The notes: a model not told the origin generated them from the sequence alone. Counted from the first letter of the stretch, positions 15,818 to 23,084 are shown. The stretch: DNA of 24,000 bases from Candidatus Benthortus lauensis (GCA_021650775.1 JAHSRM010000055.1:14262-38261), one strand, 5' to 3'. Translations and numbers: made by a program.

Positions 15818-16842
15818 GCAGGGTTAGGCAGGAGGAGGCGAGGAAGGTCTGGAGCGAGCGGAGGATAAAGCACCTCCAGAGCCTGGCTGGAGCCATGGGG
15901 AAGAGCCCTGCGGAGGCGGTTATAGAGAGCATGGGGGCGACCTCCCCGCCCCTGGTGGAGGAACCCAAGGTAATCCTGGACTACATAGTGAGCGACGGAG
16001 CGCAGGTAACCCGCCCGAGCATAGACCCGTATAGGGAGCCGATAGAGACCCACATCCACCTATTCTCTGGGAAGGTCAGGCTCTCCATGCCCTTCATAGC
16101 AAAGCTGGACGACCTCGATGAAGGTCTTGGGAGGGCTGTCCTGAGGGCGTCATACAACCTGGGAACCCTGACCTATTATCGGGGTGGGGGGAGGGGTTGG
16201 CTCGACGGATACGAGGAGGCCGTGCTGATAGACGTGGATACGGCTTCCGGGATGGGCGGCGAGGAGGCTCGGAGATACGCTGGGCTGGTCGTGGGACACA
16301 ACAGCGGGGAGAGAATCAGGTTCACGGCGGCCTTCGGCAGGATGCTCGGGATACCCGTAATCCTCCGCCACCCCACCAGCAGAAACCTCAACCAAATCAT
16401 ACACGCAACGCTCTCGGGGGTCTCGGGGATAATGCTGGACGAGGACATGGATGAGGGTGAAGAGGACTTGGAGGTCTCGCTCTCGGAGGCCGACACCCTC
16501 CTCAAGGAGAAGGGTCTGAGGAACAGGGTAAGCATAATCGCGTCAAGCAGGAGGGTGAGGGGGGCCGACGACATCTTCAAGCTAATGGGGCTCGGAGCCG
16601 ACGCAGTATGCTTCAGGGACATGGTCCAGGTAGCGGTTGGAGAAGGAGACCTAGAGACGCTCCAAGACAGGGTGGAGTGCCTCTACCTCGGGCTACAGAA
16701 GGAGGTCAAGCTGCTTGCAGGTGCGGCCGGAGTAAGCTCACTCTACACAACACTAATCGGAAACAGGGAGCTCTTCAGGGCCATAAACCTCGACCCATCC
16801 ATAAGGAAGAGGCTGAGAATCAAGCCCGGGGGAGTGGGCTGA
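15811..16842 (+). CDS. degenerate paralogue of the glutamate synthase FMN/TIM-barrel subunit (probable non-catalytic partner)
   Basis: It aligns by eye to the upstream gene: [13 protein letters not shown] vs [26 protein letters not shown] vs [21 protein letters not shown]...GVSGIMLDE vs GKPVFVKV...GADGIIIDG, and [18 protein letters not shown] vs [18 protein letters not shown]. It lacks the QGAKPG.GG.LPG loop, the G.GTGA.P motif (replaced by [12 protein letters not shown]) and the Cys triad. There is a 7-nt overlap (ATGGTAA) with the upstream gene. Confidence 0.7.
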   Translation: MVSRVRQEEARKVWSERRIKHLQSLAGAMGKSPAEAVIESMGATSPPLVEEPKVILDYIVSDGAQVTRPSIDPYREPIETHIHLFSGKVRLSMPFIAKLDDLDEGLGRAVLRASYNLGTLTYYRGGGRGWLDGYEEAVLIDVDTASGMGGEEARRYAGLVVGHNSGERIRFTAAFGRMLGIPVILRHPTSRNLNQIIHATLSGVSGIMLDEDMDEGEEDLEVSLSEADTLLKEKGLRNRVSIIASSRRVRGADDIFKLMGLGADAVCFRDMVQVAVGEGDLETLQDRVECLYLGLQKEVKLLAGAAGVSSLYTTLIGNRELFRAINLDPSIRKRLRIKPGGVG

Positions 16843-16846
16843 AAAG

Positions 16847-18853
16847 ATGAACCCCTGGGAGACACCCATCCATAAGTCTGGATGCGGTGTCTTAGGTATA
16901 CTGAGGAAAAGTGGCGCCGGGAAGATTCCGAGCGAGCAGGCTCTAACGGCTATCGAGTGTGTGCGTTATCGGGGGAGCAGGCTTGGGGCAGGCTTCGCCT
17001 CGATAGACTTGGATAGGGGTGGCTCGGCCTTCAAGGTCAAGGCCTTCGTGGATAGCATGGAGACAGCCGAGCTCGTCGATAAGCTCCTCTCGGAGAGGCA
17101 GGGCATCAGGATAGTTGAGCGTGGATACGAGGACTACGACCCTGGGCGGAGATTTAACACATGGGTTACATGGGTGAAGGGCGAGGCCGACACGGTGTCC
17201 CAGGCTGTCTCCGAGATAAACCAGGTCCTCTGGGGAGAGAGGATTAGGGGGAGGATATACTCGTGGGGAAGGTTCGTGGACGTCTTCAAGGGCGTCGGAT
17301 ACCCGAGGGACGTGGCAGAGAGCTGTATGCTGGCTAAGGGCGGAGTGGAGGCAGACCTCTGGATAGCCCACACAAGACAGCCGACCAACTCCCCCGGAAT
17401 CTACCCCGTCTGGTCCCACCCCTTCTCCTCGCATGAGTGGGCGGTCGTCCACAACGGGGACATAAGCTCCTTCGGAGCAAACATGGAGTTCCTCCTGATG
17501 AGCGGCGTCAGGAGCTTCGTGGGAACCGACAGCGAGGTCATAGCATACCTACTCGACCACCTGACCAGGAGGGAAGGGCTAGGGATAGAGGAGGCAGCCC
17601 AGCTCCTCTGCAACCCATACGACAACCTCTGCCCACCACACATCAGGAGGCTCATAACAAGGTATAGGGGGGCTCAGCTCGATGGCCCCTTCACGGTCGT
17701 GGCCGGATACTCGGATGGAAGGGACGTATACCTCCTCGCATTAACCGATAGGTCCAAGTTCAGGCCCATAGTCGTGGGAGAGGATGAGGAGAGGTTCTAC
17801 GTCGCATCGGAGGAGGCCCAGATAAGGGCGCTCTCACCCGGGGCAAGGGTCTGGACCGTGGAGCCTGGAAGATATTTCCTCGCCTCACTCAGGAGAGGGT
17901 TAATCGACCCTGGGAGAGACAGCCTGGTAGCCGCCCCCTATCTGGGGAATGATGGATGGGATGGTGGGATAGACGCCGAGGGCATGGATTACAGGAGGCT
18001 GAACGACGAGATTAGGAGGAGGGTTGAGGCAGGGGAGAGGAGGATAAAGGTGTTCAACGTGAGGGGGCAGAGATACCTGGGCGTAGGCCTCCCACCAGGC
18101 GTCAAACTCGAGATACACGGCGTCCCAGGAAACTGCCTAGGAAACTTCAACGAGGGAGTCGAGATAGAGGTCTACGGGAACGCCCAAGACGACGTGGGAG
18201 ACACCATGCACGCAGGCAGGATAATAATCCATGGAGACGCAAGAGACGTGATAGGTCAGGCGCTCCAGGGCGGGATGATACTCGTCAAGGGAAACGTAGG
18301 AAACCGTGCCGCAATCCAGATGAGGGAATACATGGATAGGCGGCCCTACCTAATTGTGGGCGGAAGGGCTGACGACTACTTCGGGGAATACATGGCAGGC
18401 GGGGTAGCGGTAATCCTCGGACTCGGCGTCAAGGGGGAGCCTGTGGGAAAGCACGTGGCCACGGGCATGGTCGGCGGAAGAATCTACATACGCGGAAGGA
18501 TAAGCGAGGAGAAGGTAGGCCTCCAACCCCCGAGACAAGACGTGGAAAGATACCTCAAAGGCCTGCTAAAAGAGGGCCTAATAACCCCCCAAACCTACCA
18601 GAAAATAATAGAAGAAGGAGCATCATTCAAAGCAGTCGAACGCCACCTCACAGGAAAACCCCTAAAAAGAATCTGGAGACTATTCGAGAACAAACACACA
18701 AAACAACTCGAGATAGAATACAGGAAACTAACAAGCGAAGACATAGAGCTGATAAAACCAGCCCTAACAGAGTTCTGGAAAACATTCAACCTACCCCCAA
18801 ACCTACTCCAACAAACACTAAACCAAGAATACACAATAATCCACCCCAGATAA
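16847..18853 (+). CDS. class II (Ntn) glutamine amidotransferase fused to a GXGXG domain (GltB domains 1+3), with a C-terminal extension of about 105 aa
   Basis: Catalytic-Cys context SGCGVLGI with Cys at codon 13; HTRQPTNS; AVVHNGDISSF. The GXGXG beta-helix repeats read IHGVPGNCLGNFNEGVEIEVYGNAQDDVGDTMHAGRIIIHGDARDVIGQALQGGMILVKGNVGNRAA...GGRIYIRG. ATG 16847 lies 4 nt after the upstream stop. Confidence 0.85.
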   Translation: MNPWETPIHKSGCGVLGILRKSGAGKIPSEQALTAIECVRYRGSRLGAGFASIDLDRGGSAFKVKAFVDSMETAELVDKLLSERQGIRIVERGYEDYDPGRRFNTWVTWVKGEADTVSQAVSEINQVLWGERIRGRIYSWGRFVDVFKGVGYPRDVAESCMLAKGGVEADLWIAHTRQPTNSPGIYPVWSHPFSSHEWAVVHNGDISSFGANMEFLLMSGVRSFVGTDSEVIAYLLDHLTRREGLGIEEAAQLLCNPYDNLCPPHIRRLITRYRGAQLDGPFTVVAGYSDGRDVYLLALTDRSKFRPIVVGEDEERFYVASEEAQIRALSPGARVWTVEPGRYFLASLRRGLIDPGRDSLVAAPYLGNDGWDGGIDAEGMDYRRLNDEIRRRVEAGERRIKVFNVRGQRYLGVGLPPGVKLEIHGVPGNCLGNFNEGVEIEVYGNAQDDVGDTMHAGRIIIHGDARDVIGQALQGGMILVKGNVGNRAAIQMREYMDRRPYLIVGGRADDYFGEYMAGGVAVILGLGVKGEPVGKHVATGMVGGRIYIRGRISEEKVGLQPPRQDVERYLKGLLKEGLITPQTYQKIIEEGASFKAVERHLTGKPLKRIWRLFENKHTKQLEIEYRKLTSEDIELIKPALTEFWKTFNLPPNLLQQTLNQEYTIIHPR

Positions 18854-19014
18854 AAATAGCTCGTAAGAAGTCTCTTAAAGTCCTCAACATTAAATCCTCT
18901 CAGTATAACTTCCCTACTATAATCGAAGTGTTTTACCAGCATCTTGGCGGGCTTCTATATCGGGGGTAAGCAAAGAAGGCTTAAATACGGTTCTATCCCA
19001 TCCTCTATCCGAAG

Positions 19015-19224
19015 ATGACAAAAGTTACCTTGGATGTTATCTACGAGGAGTTAAGGAGATTGAATAAGAGGATGGATATCCTGGAGGAACTTATGGAGGA
19101 GATTATTCTGAGGGAGCTTCCGAGGGTTAAGCTCTCGGAGAAAGAGCTGGATGAGATCAAGAAGTCCGTGGAAGAGATCCGGAGAGGAGAATACGTCGCC
19201 CTAGAGGAGCTGCTTAATGCCTGA
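19015..19224 (+). CDS. putative RelB-like antitoxin (small acidic helical protein)
   Basis: The 69-aa helical E/K/L-rich ORF overlaps the downstream RelE-like gene by 8 nt (ATGCCTGA). A TATA-like TTAAATA lies at 18981-18987. It is assigned from its position and size only. Confidence 0.6.
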   Translation: MTKVTLDVIYEELRRLNKRMDILEELMEEIILRELPRVKLSEKELDEIKKSVEEIRRGEYVALEELLNA

Positions 19225-19492
19225 ATACAAGGTATTAGCCCATAAAAGAGTTCTAAAATTTCTCAAGAGTCTTCGAGATGAGAGATTGAAAGCTAGGTTA
19301 AAGGAGGCTCTAGCGGAACTTCAGAACTATCCAATCGCTCTGAGAAGGCTCGACGTGGAGAAGCTTGAAGGTCTGAAAAGAGCTTACAGAATACGCGTTG
19401 GAGAATACAGGATAATCTTCCTAGTCGACAAAAAAGACAAGACAATATACATCACACACATAGGAAGAAGAGAATCAATCTACGAAAATTAA
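19217..19492 (+). CDS. relE: RelE/ParE-family type II toxin (archaeal RelE-like)
   Basis: The 91-aa ORF has an N-terminal helical hairpin (KFLKSLRDERLKARLKEALAELQ). It is followed by the beta-sheet core YRIRVGEYRIIFLVDKKDKTIYITHIGRRESIY, which is typical of RelE/YoeB-like toxins. Confidence 0.8.
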   Translation: MPEYKVLAHKRVLKFLKSLRDERLKARLKEALAELQNYPIALRRLDVEKLEGLKRAYRIRVGEYRIIFLVDKKDKTIYITHIGRRESIYEN

Positions 19493-19693
19493 CTTAAGTT
19501 TCAATCCATAACATCCCCTAATTCATGAGTTAAGAATAAAATTCTCACTAAAAGGAAACCTGAAGTCCTTTAGACCTTCTGGCGCGAATAATCTAGCTTA
19601 GAGACCAAGTTTCCCTAAGCATTAGGATATTGAAGACCGTCATAATAATCTATATAGGCTATGTCAAGGAGTAAAGGTTAAAGTCTTGGATAG

Positions 19694-19766
19694 AGCCCCG
19701 GGCGGGCTTTGAACCCGCGGCCTGCGGCTTACGAGGCCGCCGCTCTGCCGGCTGAGCTACCGGGGC
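19694..19766 (-). tRNA. tRNA-Thr(CGT)
   Basis: Minus-strand sequence: GCCCCGGTAGCTCAGCCGGCAGAGCGGCGGCCTCGTAAGCCGCAGGCCGCGGGTTCAAAGCCCGCCCGGGGCT. The acceptor GCCCCGG/CCGGGGC, D stem GCTC/GAGC, anticodon stem GCGGC/GCCGC with loop CTCGTAA, and T stem GCGGG/CCCGC all pair perfectly. The discriminator is U and no CCA is encoded. Confidence 0.9.
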
Positions 19767-19788
19767 CTGTTTGTGGGTTTTGTTAGGG

Positions 19789-19797
19789 TTTTTTTAT
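19789..19797 (-). promoter_or_regulatory. TATA-like box (ATAAAAAAA on the minus strand) for tRNA-Thr
   Basis: Centred 27 nt upstream of the tRNA 5' end at 19766. Confidence 0.45.
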
Positions 19798-20503
19798 GGT
19801 TTTTGCTGTGTTTTGGCTGGGTGTTTGGGGTTTGGGTGTTGTTGTGGTTATGCCGACGTTTAATGAGGCTGAGAATGTTCGCTGGGTTCTTCCCCGTGTT
19901 CTTGAGTGTCTTGGTGGTTGGAGGAGGGTGGTGCTTGTTGTGGATGACTCGAGTCCTGATGGGACTGCCGAGGTTGCGGAGAGGATTGGGGTGGAGGTGG
20001 GTGGGGTGAGGGTTCTGAGGCGTCCCGGGAAGATGGGTATAGGGTCGGCGTATAGGGATGGGTTCATGTATGCCTTGAGGGAGTTCCCGTGGGCCGAGTA
20101 TATCTGCGAGATGGATGCCGACGGTAGTCATCCGCCCGAGGTCTTGCCCGAGATGGTTAGGGTCGCCGAGGAGGGGTCGTGGCTCAGGGAGCTGGTCAGC
20201 AGGGGCGCCAACCTACTTGCAAGGCTCTCGACGGGCGTGGCTGTGAGGGACATGACCTCGGGCTTCAGGGTAATTAGGAGGAAGGCGCTTGAGAGCGTGA
20301 TGGATGAGCTGGGTGAGCTTAGCTCGGGCTACGTCTTCCAGGTCCAGCTCCTCTACCTACTCCACAGGAAAGGCTTCAGGATAGCCGAGTATCCCTTCAG
20401 GTTCCAGAGAAGGCTCCACGGCTCCTCCAAGCTTGGGAAAGGCGAGATGCCCAGGTTCGCCCTCTGGTGCCTCAAGACACTGCTGGGGAGGGCTGTGAGG
20501 TGA
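19796..20503 (+). CDS. GT2-family polyprenol-phosphate glycosyltransferase (Dpm1-like), with an apparent internal deletion
   Basis: Motifs VVVVMPTFNEAENV, LVVDDSSPDGT, EMDADGSHPPE, SRGANLLA, DMTSGFRVIRR and GSSKL are present. The 5' end is uncertain because ATG 19796 lies inside the tRNA-Thr TATA box. TTG 19832, GTG 19844 or ATG 19850 are plausible starts. Confidence 0.75.
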   Translation: MVFAVFWLGVWGLGVVVVMPTFNEAENVRWVLPRVLECLGGWRRVVLVVDDSSPDGTAEVAERIGVEVGGVRVLRRPGKMGIGSAYRDGFMYALREFPWAEYICEMDADGSHPPEVLPEMVRVAEEGSWLRELVSRGANLLARLSTGVAVRDMTSGFRVIRRKALESVMDELGELSSGYVFQVQLLYLLHRKGFRIAEYPFRFQRRLHGSSKLGKGEMPRFALWCLKTLLGRAVR

Positions 20504-21477
20504 GGCTCAGGGAGCTGGGAGAGAGACGGTTAATCGAATACATAGTCAGGAGGCTTGGGAGCATGCCGGGAGCAGTGCTGCCTCCGGGGGATGATGCCTC
20601 CGACATATTGGCCGAAGAGAGGCTGACCATCTCGACCGACATGGTCTCCCAGTCATCCGACATGCCGCCTGGAATGACCCTGAGAGACCTTGGGTATAGG
20701 GCTATAACGTCGGTTGTGAGCGACGCTGCGGCCAAGGGTGGGACGCCCATAGCCTACCTGGTCTCCCTCGGGCTGCCTGAGGAGATGGAGGAGGAGGGAT
20801 TCAGGGAACTCTGGATGGGTATAGAGGAGGCTGTGGAGATGTATGGGGGAGAGGTGGTCGGAGGAGACACCGGGAAGACCAGGGAGGTAATCATAGACGC
20901 TGTATGCATCTCAAGGAACCCGAACCCGGTCTCGAGGCTGGGGGCCAGGCCGGGGGACAAGCTGGCCGTCACGGGGCTCTTCGGCGCTCAGGCCGCAGGC
21001 CTCCACGCACTTCTCAGCGGGAGCAAGGCCAGGTCGTCTAGGGAGGTTGTTGGGAGGTTTCTCAGGCCTGTGGCGAGGGTGCTTGAGGGAAGGGTTCTCG
21101 CAGAAACGGGTGCGGCCTCGGCCTCCATGGACTCTAGCGATGGCCTCGCATTAACCCTCCACACGCTCGCAGAGCTGAATAACGTGGGGTTCAGGGTTGA
21201 TGAGCCTCCGATAGACCCGCTTGCAGAGAGGTATGGGGGGGAGGTTGGCCTAGACCCGCTTGACCTCGCACTCTACGGCGGAGAGGAATACGAGCTCGTC
21301 GTAACCATTAGGCCTGAGGCCGTGGAGGAGGTTGTGGAGGAGGTCGAGGGGAGGGGCGGGCGGATAATCATCATAGGTGAGGCGACCGAGAACCCTGGGG
21401 AGGTCTATGTGGTAAGGGATGGTGAGAGGGTTAGGGTCGAGAAGAGGGGGTGGAGCCACTTCTCAAACAATCCTTAA
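20500..21477 (+). CDS. thiL: thiamine-monophosphate kinase (AIR-synthase-related fold)
   Basis: GTG 20500 overlaps the upstream stop (GTGA) and gives the N-terminus MRLRELGERRLIEYI, typical of ThiL. Other motifs are GDDASD, TDMVSQSSD, VVSDAAAKGG, GGDTG and GARPGDKLAVTG. Confidence 0.8.
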   Translation: MRLRELGERRLIEYIVRRLGSMPGAVLPPGDDASDILAEERLTISTDMVSQSSDMPPGMTLRDLGYRAITSVVSDAAAKGGTPIAYLVSLGLPEEMEEEGFRELWMGIEEAVEMYGGEVVGGDTGKTREVIIDAVCISRNPNPVSRLGARPGDKLAVTGLFGAQAAGLHALLSGSKARSSREVVGRFLRPVARVLEGRVLAETGAASASMDSSDGLALTLHTLAELNNVGFRVDEPPIDPLAERYGGEVGLDPLDLALYGGEEYELVVTIRPEAVEEVVEEVEGRGGRIIIIGEATENPGEVYVVRDGERVRVEKRGWSHFSNNP

Positions 21478-22023
21478 CCTGTTCTTCTCGAGTAGATAGA
21501 GGAGGACTGCGGCCACGGTCTTGGCATCCCTTATCTCACCCCTCCTAATCATCTCGACCACCTCCACCAGACCAAGCCTTAGCAGGGTTATCGACTCATC
21601 CTCCTCAGGGTGAGGCTGAGCCTCCTCCAGGTCCTCCGCAAGATAGATGTGGATTATCTCGCTGCTGTATCCGGGTGCGAGGGCGAGGGCGGCCAGCCTC
21701 CTAAGCCTTCCAGCCCTGTATCCCGTCTCCTCCTCAAGCTCCCTATACGCACACGCCTCAGGCTCCTCACCCTCCTCAAGGGTTCCAGCCGGAATCTCCA
21801 CCAGCGTCTCGCCCACGGCATGCCTATACTGCCTTATCAGGAGGATTCTCCCGTCTGGGAGTATTGGGAGTATGGCCGCTGCCCCGGGATGCTTGACTAT
21901 CTCACGGGAGATGACTTTCCCGTCAATCTTGAAGCGTTCCAGCACCACTTTGAAAAGCCTTCCATCGTAGAGCCTCCTCGACTCTATCCTCTCCGCCATG
22001 CCCCTCCAGGGTCCAGGGGTCAT
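21463..22023 (-). CDS. NUDIX hydrolase (ADP-ribose pyrophosphatase-like)
   Basis: Nudix box GTLEEGEEPEACAYRELEEETGY and an NudF-like N-terminal beta region. The start may be M9 (ATG 21999). The gene begins 8 nt after the upstream gene's stop. Confidence 0.85.
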   Translation of the reverse strand: MTPGPWRGMAERIESRRLYDGRLFKVVLERFKIDGKVISREIVKHPGAAAILPILPDGRILLIRQYRHAVGETLVEIPAGTLEEGEEPEACAYRELEEETGYRAGRLRRLAALALAPGYSSEIIHIYLAEDLEEAQPHPEEDESITLLRLGLVEVVEMIRRGEIRDAKTVAAVLLYLLEKNRLRIV

Positions 22024-22031
22024 GAAAAATC

Positions 22032-23081
22032 TTAGTCGGCGTCCATCATGTTTAGTGCCGTGTAGACGGCTGTTAGGCCGCTTGGAGCCGCAAGCTCCGT
22101 GGGTAGGGTTATGCCTGGGGCCAGGTCTATCACGAGGTCGGCCATACGGTAGACCCCCTTCGGGATTCCCTCACGTGAGCCGAAGAGGAAGTTTATCCTG
22201 GTTTTCCTGGCCATCAGCTCCCTGAGCTTCTTGGATGCATCCCTTAGCTGGAGGCCCTCGGGCTCGAAGACCACCATTACCTCGCCCCTCCTCTCCCTGA
22301 CAAGCTGATAGAGGTCGTGGACCAGGACCTGAACTCGCTTAACCTCCCTCCCATAGCTCCTCAACTGTATCTGATACCTGCTCTCCACACCCTCCCCCAC
22401 ACCCTCGATGAAGGATGATAGGAGGAAGGCGTCCACGGGCTTATGGGGTGCTATCACGAGCTCCCTCACCTCGTATGCCTGCGCCGCCCTCCCAATCCTC
22501 GCACCAATCTCCCTCGCACCCTCATGCGTCCCGAGGTAGGGCATCTGGATGACCGAGACCCTCCTGAAGAACCGTGTGGAAGGCCTCTTACCCGGAGCCA
22601 TCTTCCTCCACTCCTGCGAGCCATCCAAGACCGCTAGTCCAACTCTGTCCATCACTATCTCTACCTGGAGGATTTTGTCTGGGTTGTCTAGATTGACTTG
22701 GGCGCCTGTGGCCTCTTGGACCGCAGACCCCACCGCCACGTTCACGTCCATGCTTCGGAATCCGTGGCTTCCTCTCCTAACGGTTCTCACGGCGAAGCTC
22801 TCCTCCCCTCCAATCCTTCTCCTCGCAAGCTCCACGGCCCTCTCCCTAATCTCCTCTATCACCGCCCTGGACTCCGCCTCCACGGGGACCACTGTCTCGG
22901 CCTCGGGAACCTTCTCCAGAATCTCCTCCACAAGCCTATCCCTGTCCCCACATGACTCGACTATGACGAGGCCCTTGAATCCATGGGGCTTGACCGATAA
23001 CCTTGCCCCGGGGTCCAGCTCACGTATCCTCTCAGCCGCAACCTTCTCGAGGTCCAGGGGTGTCTTAACTATAATCTCCAT
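22032..23081 (-). CDS. THUMP-domain protein with a C-terminal SPOUT-like (alpha/beta knot) domain; putative tRNA methyltransferase
   Basis: THUMP core: SFAVRTVRRGSHGFRSMDVNVAVGSAVQEATGAQVNLDNPDKILQVEIVMDRVGL. The C-terminal LFGSREGIPKGVYRMADLVIDLAPGITLPTELAAPSGLTAVYTAL resembles the SPOUT knot motif (G.E..G........D..i.i......L....A..i.ly.l). Confidence 0.6.
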   Translation of the reverse strand: MEIIVKTPLDLEKVAAERIRELDPGARLSVKPHGFKGLVIVESCGDRDRLVEEILEKVPEAETVVPVEAESRAVIEEIRERAVELARRRIGGEESFAVRTVRRGSHGFRSMDVNVAVGSAVQEATGAQVNLDNPDKILQVEIVMDRVGLAVLDGSQEWRKMAPGKRPSTRFFRRVSVIQMPYLGTHEGAREIGARIGRAAQAYEVRELVIAPHKPVDAFLLSSFIEGVGEGVESRYQIQLRSYGREVKRVQVLVHDLYQLVRERRGEVMVVFEPEGLQLRDASKKLRELMARKTRINFLFGSREGIPKGVYRMADLVIDLAPGITLPTELAAPSGLTAVYTALNMMDAD

Positions 23082-23084
23082 AGG

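Noticed and set aside
18595-18942. A 115-aa minus-strand ORF overlaps the 3' end of the amidotransferase fusion. Minus-strand ORFs at 19757..20131 and 19783..20067 lie opposite the GT2 5' end, and the alternative-frame plus-strand ORF 19773..20009 overlaps the same GT-rich tract.
   Set aside because: These ORFs fall exactly on the extreme A+C / G+T skew patches, where one strand lacks the bases needed for stop codons. They are therefore open by composition. The translations are Phe/Ser/Leu- or Pro/Thr/His-rich and resemble no known family.
18946-18954. A 9-nt identity with the tRNA-Thr body could be an attL/attR remnant delimiting the relBE block.
   Set aside because: The match is too short and has no extension on either side. 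I estimate a few-percent chance occurrence in flanks of this size. It is mentioned in the finding only as a weak hint.
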